Origin: Nemertoderma westbladi
Taxonomy: Eukaryota > Animalia > Xenacoelomorpha
Assembly: GCA_032718475.1 (NCBI GenBank)
Contig: JAUCBJ010001544.1
Span: forward strand, 1 to 36,830
Direction of reading: 5' to 3'
Length of the DNA stretch: 36,830 nt
Below the pieces are notes generated by a model. It was not told the DNA's origin and did not search any database. It was given only the letters and a program-made list of their open reading frames with translations. Below, in pieces: positions 1 to 11,216 of this stretch (its first letter is position 1; every line of letters begins with the position of its first letter). A program made the translations under genes and the position numbers.

Positions 1-117
1 TATATGAACTCAATGTTGATCTAGTTGCTAGGAAACCCCCGCAGTTGCCACAGAGATCAACCAAGCAAAAACACGGGTTATCAGTGACCATTAGCCCCGA
101 AGGGGCAGTCCGCTACA
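1..117 (-). repeat. Gypsy 3' LTR (partial)
   Basis: Identical by eye to 4136-4252; begins TGTAGCG on the minus strand, directly after the PPT. Confidence 0.95.
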
Positions 118-129
118 CCACCCCCCCTA
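118..129 (-). other. Polypurine tract of the Gypsy element
   Basis: Minus strand TAGGGGGGGTGG directly before the TG of the 3' LTR. Confidence 0.85.
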
Positions 130-1250
130 GTGATAAACCCAAGGTGTTTTGGTTCCTGTAAAACGCGTGGGCTGTTGTGAAGCGCGTCCAGATCGAGTTG
201 TTACGGCGGGTCGCGGTTGAACAGTTTGTTCCGGTGTACAGGGTGGGTTTTGGGTGGTGGTATCCACCAGGGTGGGTGTGTCGTCCACGAAAGCTTGCTT
301 CAGGCGGTCGACAGAGACGTTGGTCGAACGACCGTTGACAGACAGTGTGTAAAACTTGTCCGCCCGTGCCAGAACGCGGAAGGGGCCGTCGTACTGACAC
401 TGCAGAGGGCCTTTGTGGGCGTCATGGCGGACAAAGACGTTGTCCGTTCGCAGCAGGTCAGACGGGACGTGTGTGTGGCGGTGTTCCTGGCCATGGCTGG
501 TCGTTGGTGTTGCGCGAAGGCGGCGCATCGAGTTCCTGAGGCCAGTGATAAACTCGCCGTGGTCGGGACGAGTGTCGCTCGAGAGTTCGGAGGATGAGAA
601 GAACTCTCCGGGGAGGCGAATCGTTGTCCCGTAGAGGAGTTCGGCTGATGTGCAGCCGAGGTCTTCTTTCGGGGTAGTCCGTATCCCGAGGAGGACGATC
701 GGGAGTTCATCCACCCAGTTCGGGCCGCGGAGGCGAGCTTTAAGGGACGCCTTAAGCTGCCGGTGGAATCGTTCCACGATGCCGTTGGACTGTGGGTGGT
801 AGGCTGTGGTGTGGTGGGCGTGGGAGCCGAGCAACTCGTTGAGGGAGGCCCACAGTTCGGACGTAAACTGGGATCCACGGTCCGACGAGATGTGTGCCGG
901 GACGCCGTAGTGGGCCACCCAATGGGCGAGCAGTGCACGGGCGCAGGAGACAGTGGTGGAGTCAGCCATTGGGACGGCCGTGGGCCATCGGGTGAATCGG
1001 TCTACAATGGTAAACAAGTAACAGGCGCCTTGAGAAGGAGGAAGGGGACCCACGATGTCGACGTGGATCTTCTCAAAGCGTCTGTCTGGGGTTTCAAAAC
1101 GTTCGAGTGGGGTGGAGACGTGGCGCTGAGTTTTAGCCCGCTGGCAACCGACGCACTCCTTGGCCCACTTCCCGACATCGCGGTGTAAACCGTGCCAGAC
1201 GAAACGTTTGGCAATTAGGCGGCGGGATGAACGTATTGAGGGGTGGGAAA
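127..1250 (-). CDS. Gypsy integrase (zinc finger, DDE core, GPY/F), frameshifted relative to RT-RH
   Basis: LSHPSIR...CVGCQRAK; VHVDIVGP / SSDRGSQF / GIVERFH catalytic D,D,E; YDGPFRV. Confidence 0.93.
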
Positions 1251-3299
1251 GGCGTTGAAAATCCGGCGACGCCATTGGTCCGGAATGATCGGACGTGGGC
1301 GGGAGGTGGACACGTCGCACAACACGGAAAATGTACCATTGTCTACTGGGATGTCTTGTAGGACGAGGTTGGTGATTGCGGTGCGATATGCCTGTACACC
1401 AGGGTCGTTGTACTGGGCCTGGGACAATGCGGCGTAGTCGATGTGTTGGTTGGGGAGTGTCGCGTTGAGTTCGATCGGGGGATCTGCATCTGCAAGTTCG
1501 ACCCGGGAGAGGGCGTCGGCCACGAAGTTCGACTTGCCTTCAATGTGTCGGATGTCGGTTGTAAATTCCGACACGAACGCTAGGTGGCGCTGTTGACGTG
1601 GCGACCAGCGTTCTGAGGCGCTGCTGAAAGCGAAGGTTAGTGGTTTGTGGTCCGTGTAGGTGTGGAATCTACGTCCCTCGAGGAAGTACTGAAAGTGCCT
1701 GATCCCCAGATACATTGCGAGGAGTTCGTGATCGAACGCGCTGTATCGGGTTTCGGCGGGTCGCAGTTTCCGGGAGAAGAAAGCGACGGGGCGCCAGAGT
1801 CCGTCGAGGAACTGCTCGAGGACTCCGCCAACCGCCTTGTCGGAGGCGTCCACGGTGAGGCTGGTGGCGGCGGAGTGACTCGGATGGACGAGGAGAGTTG
1901 CGGAGGCCAACGCGGTCTTGGCGTTCTCAAACGCCGACTCCATGGCGGGTGTCCAGTTAAGGGACTTCGCGGTCGAAGCGAGTGCACTGTGGAGTGGATG
2001 GGGCAACTCCGCGGCCTGGGGGATGAAACGATGATAAAAATTTATCATCCCAACGAATTGTTGGAGGCCCTTCTTGTCGGCTGGGCGGGGAAACTCAGCG
2101 ATGGCCTCGACCTTCTCTGGGATTGGCGTTGCACCGGAGGCGGAGATGTTGTGTCCCAGGAAGGTGAGTGAGGCGACACCGAAAACGCACTTGGATACGT
2201 TTATGATTAGTCCATGAGCAGTGAGGCGTTCGAACAACAATCGGAGGTGTCGGAGGTGCTCTTCGGGGCTGGAACTCGCGACAAGAATGTCGTCGAGGTA
2301 AATAAACGCAAAATCGAGCTCCCGGCAGACATTATCCATGAGTCTCTGGAAAGACTGAGCAGCGTTACGGGTTCCAAAAGGCATCCGGCGGAATTCGAAT
2401 AAACCGAATGGAGTGATCACTGCGGTCTTTGGGATGTCCTCCTCGGCAACCGGGATTTGATGGTATCCCCGGACCAGGTCTACCTTTGAATAGATTGTGG
2501 TGCCGGCGAGTTGGGAGGAGAAATCCTGGAGGTGTGGAATGGGGTATCTGTCGGGGATTGTCGCGTCGTTGAGTCGGCGGTAGTCTCCGCAGGGGCGCCA
2601 ACCGCCGTTCGGTTTAGGGGCGAGATGGAGCGGGGATGCCCAGGTACTCGAGGAGCGGCGGATGATCCCCATCTGCTCCATCTGCTCGAATTCGCGCCGA
2701 GCAATGGCGAGTTTCTCGGGGGAAAGTCGACGAGGCCGAGCGTAAACCGGCTGCCCTTTCGTGGGTATGTGATGTTCCACGCCGTGTTTGGTGCTCGGCT
2801 GCGAAAAACAGGGTTCTGTTAGAGTGGGGAACTCTGACAAGAGTTTGTTGTACATATTGTCGGTTTGGTCGATGGAATGGAGGCCAGGAGCGACAGTATC
2901 GGCAAGACGTGCCGGTGTACTGGTGAAGGTCTTCGCATCGATTATACGTTGCCCCTTTATATCGATGAGCAGTCCGTTGTTGCGGAAAAAGTCGGCGCCG
3001 AGAATCGGTTGTGAAACGTCGGCGAGGGTAAACTTCCAGTTCATCCGGCCCAGATTCAAGTTTAGCGGGATTTCCCGAGTTCCGAAAGTCTTAATTGGGC
3101 TGCCGTTTGCTGCGACGAGGGAAACGGTTGGCGTGTTGAGGCGCCGTTCTCGTGGGGAGGCGGGGAAAACGCTGAGTTCGGCCCCGGAGTCGACAAGAAA
3201 CCGTAGACCAGCGTTCCGGTCCCAGACATAGAGGAGGCGACTTGTACCGTCTCGACCAGCGGCACTCGCCGCCATTAGTGGCTGGTCGGGCCGTTTCCC
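1215..3299 (-). CDS. pol: Gypsy Pol: aspartic protease, reverse transcriptase, RNase H
   Basis: FLVDSGA protease; [29 protein letters not shown]; TVDASD...ELLA...YTDHKPL...VADALSR RNase H. Confidence 0.95.
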   Translation of the reverse strand, partial: GKRPDQPLMAASAAGRDGTSRLLYVWDRNAGLRFLVDSGAELSVFPASPRERRLNTPTVSLVAANGSPIKTFGTREIPLNLNLGRMNWKFTLADVSQPILGADFFRNNGLLIDIKGQRIIDAKTFTSTPARLADTVAPGLHSIDQTDNMYNKLLSEFPTLTEPCFSQPSTKHGVEHHIPTKGQPVYARPRRLSPEKLAIARREFEQMEQMGIIRRSSSTWASPLHLAPKPNGGWRPCGDYRRLNDATIPDRYPIPHLQDFSSQLAGTTIYSKVDLVRGYHQIPVAEEDIPKTAVITPFGLFEFRRMPFGTRNAAQSFQRLMDNVCRELDFAFIYLDDILVASSSPEEHLRHLRLLFERLTAHGLIINVSKCVFGVASLTFLGHNISASGATPIPEKVEAIAEFPRPADKKGLQQFVGMINFYHRFIPQAAELPHPLHSALASTAKSLNWTPAMESAFENAKTALASATLLVHPSHSAATSLTVDASDKAVGGVLEQFLDGLWRPVAFFSRKLRPAETRYSAFDHELLAMYLGIRHFQYFLEGRRFHTYTDHKPLTFAFSSASERWSPRQQRHLAFVSEFTTDIRHIEGKSNFVADALSRVELADADPPIELNATLPNQHIDYAALSQAQYNDPGVQAYRTAITNLVLQDIPVDNGTFSVLCDVSTSRPRPIIPDQWRRRIFNAFPTPQYVHPAA
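3253..3299 (-). promoter_or_regulatory. Gag-pol -1 ribosomal frameshift signal
   Basis: Slippery G GGA AAC (3299-3293) in the gag frame, pol in the -1 frame; downstream stem CGACCAGC/GCTGGTCG. Confidence 0.8.
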
Positions 3300-3937
3300 G
3301 AGAAGGAACACGGGGCCTTACAGTTCTTCGCTTTGGCACCGTACTTGGCGTGGTACCAGCATAAGGTCGAGGAAGTCGAGGACCGTGCTGGCGTATCGCG
3401 TCCCCCGTCGCTGCAGTGGGGGCGACTGACTCCGAAAGCGGGAGGTTGTTGGGCCTTGGTCTCGACAACGGCGTCGGCGGCTTCCGCGAGTTCGCGAACG
3501 TCAGCAATTTTTAAGGCGGAAACCATTAGCTGGACATCGTCTGGAAGTTGCTGAAGAAACAGTTGGCGGAACAGTTGATCCACGGGGTTGTTGCCGTTTA
3601 ATGCCAGCATGTAGTCCAGCAATTCTGTAGGTCGTTTGTCGCCGAGTCCAGGAAGGTTTAATAGTTTAGAGGCCTTCTGCTCCGGTGTCAGGCCGTAACA
3701 CCGCAGGAGAGCCGCCTTCAGGAAATCATATTTCCCGGTGGTTGGGGGGTTCGAGATCGTCGCTACCATCCGACTGGCCACGGTTTGTTCCAGCGCGGCG
3801 ACGACGTAGAAATACCGCGTTTCGTCAGTGGTGATGGCGCGGGTAGCGAATTGGGCCTCGGCCTGGAGGAACCACACGTGCGGTTCGAGGGGCCAAAACG
3901 TTGGTAGTTTTAGTGATACCGCGTTTTGTTCTGCCAT
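3275..3937 (-). CDS. gag: Gypsy Gag (220 aa) with CHCC zinc motif
   Basis: [21 protein letters not shown]-terminus; [18 protein letters not shown] = Cx2Hx9Cx3C, characteristic of CsRN1/Kabuki/Boudicca Gag. Confidence 0.92.
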   Translation of the reverse strand: MAEQNAVSLKLPTFWPLEPHVWFLQAEAQFATRAITTDETRYFYVVAALEQTVASRMVATISNPPTTGKYDFLKAALLRCYGLTPEQKASKLLNLPGLGDKRPTELLDYMLALNGNNPVDQLFRQLFLQQLPDDVQLMVSALKIADVRELAEAADAVVETKAQQPPAFGVSRPHCSDGGRDTPARSSTSSTLCWYHAKYGAKAKNCKAPCSFSGNGPTSH

Positions 3938-3980
3938 CGCGATCGTGATGTTGGTTGTTCCGGTTATCGGGTGGTAGCAA

Positions 3981-3998
3981 ATCTCGTCCGGGTCACCA
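3981..3998 (-). other. Primer binding site, tRNA-Trp-like
   Basis: TGGTGACCCGGACGAGAT, 1 nt from the 5' LTR; 16/18 match to the tRNA-Trp PBS TGGTGACCCCGACGTGAT. Confidence 0.88.
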
Positions 3999-3999
3999 A

Positions 4000-4252
4000 T
4001 GTGGGAGCGCTAGAGAGTCGTCCCTCTAGCCTTCCAACTTCTTATATTATATCAAAAGGTTATATATATAATGATATCGTGTAATGAAACAATATAGGCC
4101 GTTAGGTACCGGTAGGTATGTGACAGCAGTATATATATATGAACTCAATGTTGATCTAGTTGCTAGGAAACCCCCGCAGTTGCCACAGAGATCAACCAAG
4201 CAAAAACACGGGTTATCAGTGACCATTAGCCCCGAAGGGGCAGTCCGCTACA
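4000..4252 (-). repeat. Gypsy 5' LTR (253 bp)
   Basis: TG...CA termini, adjacent PBS, matches 1-117. Confidence 0.95.
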
Positions 4253-4289
4253 GGGTCATATTGACCCCCCCCGGGTTTAATAGGGTTAA
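4253..4289. mobile_element. End of a piggyBac-like MITE interrupted by the Gypsy element
   Basis: GGGTCATATTGACCC near-palindrome followed by ...AGGG|TTAA terminus; the other end is outside the window. Confidence 0.45.
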
Positions 4290-4534
4290 AGACGAGGTCG
4301 AGCAAGATGGCGGTCACCACCATATCCGCCAAGGATGAAATTCTACCATTGAGAACAGGAAGGTGTCGGATAGGGGCTGTATCTCCTGATTCCAACTATG
4401 GTGCGACTATAGACCATATACGTTTCACTCAATCCATAAAGATCAATGCCAGGTGGCCGACAAAGATCGAAGTCGAACAGTATCGGCACCTGGATTCGAT
4501 TGACCTGTCGACACCGGACCTCAATGTGCCGAAG
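4286..4534 (+). pseudogene. Fragment of a BEL/Pao protease region
   Basis: MAVTTISAKDE...PDLNVPK aligns without gaps, 48/76 identical by hand count, to the ORF at 12366-13664. Confidence 0.85.
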
Positions 4535-4536
4535 GA

Positions 4537-4870
4537 GTCGCCTGCACTCAGGTTCGACTCAGGTCGCCTGCACTCAGGTTGGACTCATGTCGGCGGCACT
4601 CAGGTTGGACTCAGGTCGCCTGCACTCAGGTTTGACTCAGGTCGCCTGCACTTCAGGATGGACTCAAGGTCGTCTGCACTCAGGTTGGACTCAGGTCGCC
4701 TGCACTCAGGTTTGACTCAGGTCGCCTGCTCTCAGGTTGGATTCAGGTCGCATGCACTCAGGTTGGACTCAGGTCACCTGCACTCAGGTTGGACTCAGGT
4801 CGCCTGCACTCAGTTTGGACTCAGGGCGTCAGCACTCAGGTTGGACTCAGGTCGCCTGCACTCAGGTTGG
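4537..4870. repeat. 26-bp minisatellite, about 13 copies
   Basis: Unit CAGGTCGCCTGCACTCAGGTTGGACT, head to tail, no spacers. Confidence 0.93.
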
Positions 4871-5221
4871 AATTTAGGAAGCTACAGACGCTTCGGGTTG
4901 CTCTCATTACCATTTATTTAGTAGCGGCAAAGGAGAGCCTGAGGCCTAAATTGGAATATAGGTTATTAGCCTGTGTTTCGGCTTGGCTCACAACACCCTG
5001 TACAATTTAAAATTGTTATACTACTGTAGTTGTAACTTAAACTTTTCTCAAACTTAATCCTGTTATGTTTCTCACCCCTCCCCTCCTTCCCCACCCCAAC
5101 TCCCCTTGGTGTTCTTCAACATAACATAGGATAGGAATTTGAATTATAGGCTATAGAATAATGTATATATATAATATTCAAATTAACCACACCCATTGAA
5201 AACAAAATGTCTCATACATAC

Positions 5222-5398
5222 CATAAAAAGCCAATGTGTCAACAGTGCACGGGTATAGATTTTCCATGCCTTCACAACCACCACCCCATCTCTTTTTCAC
5301 ACATAACTTCACTAAGATGTTTCTCCCAGTTTCTTCAGGAGGAATATGATTGGGGCATAGGCTCGTATCATTAGTCCAATCTGTCCATTCACCATCAT
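5222..5398 (-). CDS. Putative host exon encoding a divergent thrombospondin type-1-like module
   Basis: ttgcAG acceptor, GTatgt donor, 177 bp, phase 1-1; DGEWTDW...C...C...GGGCEG...C. Confidence 0.6.
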
Positions 5399-5479
5399 CT
5401 GCAACATTAATCATAATAGATATTTCTAAATTAGGAAAACACTCGTGAAACAATAAAACACTAGGAAACACAGGCTGGT

Positions 5480-5730
5480 TTGCGTGCTTTGGCAGCCTCG
5501 CGGGGAGTGAATAAGAATGGTGGACAGTCCACGACTTTCTTGAGACACATCTTAATTAAAGGACACTGGCCTTAAAGATGCGGATGATCTAGCAAATGTC
5601 ATGGGTGATAGGGAGTTGTGGCGGCGCAATTTTGTCGACAAGCCGGCACAGCATTCTTAATATATATATATGTAATATATATAATTCAAGTGCAATGCAG
5701 CATGCCGATAGTAGTAGTAGTAGTTAGTAG
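5480..5730 (+). mobile_element. RTE LINE family A, 3' end fragment
   Basis: Matches about 25820-26040; (TAG)n tail. Confidence 0.85.
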
Positions 5731-6083
5731 TAATTGTAGTTGTAGTAGAGCTGTATGAGTGAATAATATAAAACTAATATACAATGATATTAGATGAGCA
5801 ATAACCCTAGATACAATATTGATTATGTAGTGAGTGTGACATTAGTGTGGAAGGAGTGTCCATTTGGATACACAGCAGGAATGTGTGGTGTGTTGTACTG
5901 AACAAATGCTGCATATTAGTACATGACCATTAAAGTGCGTGGTTTGGAGAGATATGAGATATTAATATCAATAAAAATTACGCGATTCCTAAATTTGTAC
6001 ACTACACGGTTAAAAAGTACGCATGTGATGGGATTAGTCCTACAATTGCGCCAATAAAAGATAAGTTATTTTCGGTAAAACCT

Positions 6084-7063
6084 CAGCAGTTAGTGCCCAG
6101 CATAGACTCCCATAGAGGAGTACTGGAACTACTGCTGCTCAAAATAATCGGACCTTAAATTTCCATTGAATTCTGTGTGACTTCCAAATCCTCGAAAGCC
6201 CCAAGGCTGCCCATGTCTTCTTTCCCTTACGTATTCGAAGGTCCTCACCTGACTTCCGGATCCATGATCCCAGGTTGCAGAAGTCGTCCACATGCTCAAG
6301 CAAATCATCCTTTGAGCTTATGATCATCCAGTCAGAGATTTGCTGAGGACTTTCAAAGTTACTGTCAAAATTTTGGTCTTTTTGGAGTTAACAAAAAGAC
6401 TAACACTAGAAGCAGCCTGTTCTAATTAGCTGAGGAGCCATTGGGCTCCCTCTAGTGATTCTGAGATGACTCCTAAGTCATCAGCAAAGTGTAGATCAGT
6501 TAGGTACTTGGCAGGATTTCCTCGACTTCTGGAGCCAGTAGGTGGAGTTACCATCAATCACCCCAACATCATTATGATGATCTAAGGACATGCATAGAAC
6601 ATAACATAGTTAACCACAATTTGAATAAGAATGTTGCAAGTGTGTCTCCCTGGTGTACTCCCCATAATACTTCGAATGATTCTATGTCGCCAAAAACAAT
6701 AGACACAAATGTCGTCGAACCATCGCATACTGATCTGATTGCTGCAATAATTTCATCAGGAATCCCATATAATGAAAGTATGCTGAACATACCTGAGCGA
6801 GAGACTAAATCAAAGGCCTTGAAGAAGTCAACAAAGATAACAGCCAGATACATACCTGTCTTTCTTTTTTGATAACTCTTCAATTATCCTTCTAAGTGTC
6901 AAAATGGGTTGGTTCCATGTTCCCACGACCTTGACGGAACCCATTCTGATTTACATGTAGCAGTCTCTCAATGGGATTCCTTTTGCAATTTAATAGAATT
7001 ATATTTTAAAGCTTTCCAGCAATCGAGATCAGTGAGATTCCCCGAAAGAATCATAGTGTGTTA
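6084..7063 (-). mobile_element. RTE LINE family A, decayed RT fragment
   Basis: FVDFFKAFD, GVHQGDTLA, LHFADD, DFCNLGSWI; several frameshifts. Confidence 0.9.
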
Positions 7064-7064
7064 G

Positions 7065-7339
7065 TAATAAAAGAAGTTAGACATAATTAAGGCTTTTGGA
7101 AAAGTCTGGCACAAAGGTTTACTAATAATATTACACAAAATTGGAATAAGTGGTACATTTCTAAAATGGATTGAATGCTATCTTAGTCTATGCTACCAGA
7201 AGTTTGACCGATGGGGTTGAATCCATTTGGCTGCTCGTCAAAGGTGTGCCACAAGATAGCATGCTTGGCCCCATTTTATATATAATTTATATCAATGATC
7301 TAGCTGATGCGCTCGATGCTAATGCATATTTGTGCACAC
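7065..7339 (+). mobile_element. CR1/L2-like LINE RT remnant, left part (target of the BEL insertion)
   Basis: LDIIKAFGKVWHKGLL...WIECYLS and GVPQDSMLGPILYIIFINDL. Confidence 0.75.
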
Positions 7340-7900
7340 TGTGATGGGATCCGAGAATCCCGACCGGTGTGGTTTATTTACGCGTCCCCGCCGCCAGTGA
7401 AAGAGTTTGTTATGTTATTATAGTTATTGATGGATATAAAATATAGTATCGAGTAAATGAATAAACAGATAGCATAGTTAATGGTGAACTGAGTAAAATA
7501 CCGGTAATATAATTGGTGATGGTGGCGGCGACGGTAATAAAGGTTACCGTTCTGCCCTAACTGAACTGACTAATGTGACTGAATGAATGAGAAACGTCAA
7601 TAGGTAATATACTGCTCTAGGTTGGCCATATTACTCAGCGGATGCCTGCCCCCCATTGACTAGTAACCTAATTCTCGCCTCCCATCTCTCTGGGAGTGTT
7701 TTCCCCCTCTACTGTCACTCTCCCTCTCCAGGAGGTGTAACCTCTGACCCCCATGTGTGCGGCCCTTTGGGGTTTGTCGTCCCCGTTTATTGGGGGTGAT
7801 ACGAGGTTGATTGGCAATCAACCTCGTACTCCCCAATATTGCTCAAAGGCGCCGCTTTCCCAACTTTATGGGGTGGTTAGCGGAATTGAATTCGCTAACA
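7340..7900 (-). repeat. BEL element 3' LTR (561 bp)
   Basis: Direct repeat of 18033-18598 with about a dozen substitutions and two small indels. Confidence 0.96.
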
Positions 7901-7910
7901 CTCCCCCCCA
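7901..7910 (-). other. Polypurine tract of the BEL element
   Basis: Minus strand TGGGGGGGAG abutting the 3' LTR. Confidence 0.85.
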
Positions 7911-8555
7911 TGCTATCTTCCCGGTGAGAAGATAGCATCCACCTCTAGTGCGCTACAATTCCGTTGGAGCCCGATCTACTATCAGGTGTGGGGTGGAGTT
8001 ATTTTTTGGGAGCCGGCTTTCCAGGCCGGTGTCCTGTGCCGGGCCAATCGTGGCTTTCTCTCACACGATTTTTGTTTCCCCAACACTCTCTCCACTCCAA
8101 CTGACTCTATCTCAGCACTCCCACCCTGACTCTCCTCTACTTCTCTTTACTTCCGCTCTAACTCTCGGACCTCCTTGTCCCTCACTCTGCCTCTTACTTC
8201 CCCCCTCCCACGCTCGAATTGCACCCACACTCTCTCCGCTGGTTCCGTACTCAACCTCCATTTCAACTCACTCTCTCCCGACGGGCCTCACCCTCCCCTT
8301 CTGTGCCGTCGCACTCAAGAAGTGTGAAGTCGTCCAGTGTTTCGTTCTGTCATAGTCAATTGGTCCCCAGTCCCAGTAGCTAATTGGAAAAGGTTATATG
8401 ACTATAGTACTTACTTTGATTATATTTGCTTATTTTTAACTAAACAAATGATAACTACATACGTACATACTAATTGCACTTTTAATTATTTAAATTTTGC
8501 ACTTAGGAGTTTGTACTTCTCACGTGGTGCCTTCCAGGCATCCCACGTCCAAGTT

Positions 8556-11216
8556 CTAGTTCGTTCCACCTGACTTTGGGAACCATCTCAACTCCTTCCC
8601 TCTGTCGTCCTCCTCCCTTGTATGTTTCCTGGCCGCTGCCGCTCCCTTGGTCTTATCTCCCTTCAGACTCCTGACCCTCGCCGTCACCTCTCTACTGATC
8701 CCCGTCGTCGACTCCTTGGGCGCTGGTGTTATCAGCTCCCGGTATCGCTTCGCGGGTGGCCCCTCCGAATGGCCCTGTTGTTTCCCCCTAGTGGCGTCCC
8801 ATAGGATCACTTTCATCACCCGCAGCACATGCTCCGCCAAGAAATTTCTGAACTCTCCTCGGTTCTGTGGCGTCCACCTGTCCAAATACCTCTGCGTATT
8901 TATCACCCCGGCATACTACGCCGCCATTGATACCTCCTGGTAGGTAAACGGAAGTCTCCGTTTGATAATCTCCAGGTGGGCCTCCTGGTTGATATTAAAG
9001 AAGCCCCTCCAGAACTCCTGGGCTTTCATACGCTGCCGTGTCATGGCGCCGACGTCGGCCCACTCCTCGAAGATCCTAAACTTCTCTTCGTCGTCCATCC
9101 AGTCACACTGGCGTCCGTAGTTCTCCCGGAAGTTGCACTTTGAACACCAGTTGTGCAACCATGGACACGCCCCCATCCTGTGGCTCGACTCGCGGCAGTA
9201 GAGACAACTAGTCCCTTTCTGGAATTGGTACAAACAGCTCCTTTCCTGGTGAGTTTGCCTCCCGCAGTAATCACAGCCGAGCACCAATGTCTCCCGCCCC
9301 ATGTCGTCTTTCATCCCAAGCGATCTCCGCGGTCTGTGGAGTCGCTGGTAAGCGAACTTTTGGACGTTAGCGTCCCTGTCCACGTCTATATCCTCGCCCC
9401 TCCCGGCCATCGTCTCTCCAAATACTACAAGTTCCTGGTTGCTCGCCTAACCTGATGGTGCTCCCCGCGAAATCCATCGCCAGCTCCTCATGCACCCAGG
9501 CCCGCTTGCCGGGTCTATCCCAGAAGGCTCTTGCCCCACTGGCCATCACCACCCTCCCGCCAACCCAGTCCGTGTCCGAGTGGCCGATCCTCCCGATGGG
9601 CAGCATCTCTCCGAACTCGTCGTCATCCTCGTCTTCCTCTGGGAGTGGCTCCAATCCCGGTATACCGGTGGACCCACTGTGTCCCTTCCCACATTGGCTC
9701 TCGCCCGTGATCCTCCATCCTTCCAGCTCCCCTGGTCTCCTCAGTGTATAATCGCCCTCGGCGCCCGCTGGTATGGGCGTCGTCTGCAATCCCGATGTCG
9801 ACTGTTTCGGTGATCCTACCATCCACCCTAATTCTTGCCCTAGAGACTCGCCCGAACTCCCTGATGATGTCCAACGAAGTTCGTCTAAGGCCGCCTGTTC
9901 CTCGAACCCGTAGCTTTCCCTTCTTGCTTCCTCCTCCCTTTCTTCTGCCTCCCTCCTTTCTCGCCTAGCGATTTCTTCCAATCGCTTCGCCTCTCGTCTA
10001 TCCGCCTCTAGCTGCTCCCACCTCTGATATGGCGTATCCACCTCCCCGTCTACTAGATGTCGGCAGTTATAGTATACCGACTCGCCCTTCAGCCCCGGGT
10101 GGTCTACCAGACCCTCGAAAGCCGTCTTGAAGGCTCTTCTGTAGTTCAGGGGTGATCCCGATAGCAGGAATGCCGTTGGTTCTCTCTCAATGACGACGGT
10201 CATGAATAGGTTTAGCAAACCCATCATTATCCAGTCCTCCTGCAGGATATATCGCTTCTGATATAACTTTATCGATCCTCTCCGGAATTGATACACCTCT
10301 TGTTTCCCTGGCCTCGCTCCCCACTTCAGCGAGTTCGCTAACTCCGCTCCGTACTCCTCTCTGAACTTACCCCAGTCCATTGGTTTGTGACACATGAGCC
10401 CCATTAGCTGGCCCATCGCCACCGCTCCACAATGGTCTGCATTCTCCACTAGTCCCAACCCATCTGGTGCTGTCATAGCCATGTAGACCGTCTGCATGTC
10501 CAGGAGGTTGGACCGATGATTCTCTCCGCATCGTCGCGGATCGCCGATCCCACCTTTGTCGTCGACTTTTCTCTTACCAGGGTTTGCACCGCCTTTGGCA
10601 ACCGGTTCAACTTTGGCCCGTTCTTCTTTCCATATGTTCCCAGGTCGAATAGGAAAATGTCCCCAGTTGGCGCGGCCAAATGTAGGAGTATGGTTCTGGC
10701 CGACCCAGCCGATCCTCTTCTCGAACCTTCCTCGTCTTCCACGGTCCCCTCATCATCTAGGACCATGTATCCTCCCTTGCTGACGGACTCTACGAACCTC
10801 TTCCAATCCTTTCTCGGTGGCTCCTTTGCGTACTTCGGAATCCCGAACTTCGCCTCGTCTCCCTTCACCACGTAGTGGAAATGCTCGAAGATTGCGTTGT
10901 CTAGCGACGGCGTCCTATAGGTCCCGACCAGTCGCTGTTCGTGCATCTCCCTGAAGTGGTCCTGCAGCGCTCGCACTTTGTGACCCCTCTCTAACCGCTC
11001 GTAGTATCCCCTCGTCTTTTCTTCCGGATGCCTCTCGGTGAAATCCACCAGTATCTCCTTTCCTCCTAACTCCGCCTTTCTCTTTCTGACCAGTTTCTCC
11101 GCCATTTCGAACTCTCTCAATCGCTCACCCGCAAGGTGGTGCCTTGCCAAGGCGCAATACAAATGAGTGATAAAGTTAGGATGGTCTGTGCAGTTCGATA
11201 ATGGCCTATCTCTCAC
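8556..11216 (-). pseudogene. Disrupted extra ORF (about 880 aa): DEDDy 3'-5' exonuclease-like domain, charged helix, acidic linker, CCHC zinc knuckles
   Basis: Four ORF pieces join via frameshifts near 10505 and 9440 and an in-frame TAG at 8916; MVLDDEG, LLHLA...FLFDL, LPKAVQTLV...KVGSAIRDD, LDMQ, QKRYILQED; CDYCGRQTHQERSC, CLYCRESSHRMGAC. Confidence 0.75.

Larger units (their letters stand above)
1..4252 (-). mobile_element. Ty3/Gypsy LTR retrotransposon, CsRN1-like clade (3' LTR cut by the window edge)
   Basis: LTR pair (1-117 = 4136-4252), tRNA-Trp-like PBS, PPT, Gag with CHCC motif, domain order PR-RT-RH-IN. Confidence 0.95.

Noticed and set aside
217-3554. Many overlapping ORFs in alternative frames of the Gypsy element
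   Set aside because: Expected in GC-rich coding DNA; no recognisable domains
4537-4870. CRISPR-like array
   Set aside because: Units are head to tail with no unique spacers, there are no cas genes, and the context is eukaryotic
7753-7935. Duplicated short ORF (also 18451-18729)
   Set aside because: Lies within the LTR; the duplication is just the LTR pair
8556-11216. env gene in the third-ORF position
   Set aside because: No signal peptide, furin site plus fusion peptide, or transmembrane helix; motifs are nuclease and zinc-knuckle type
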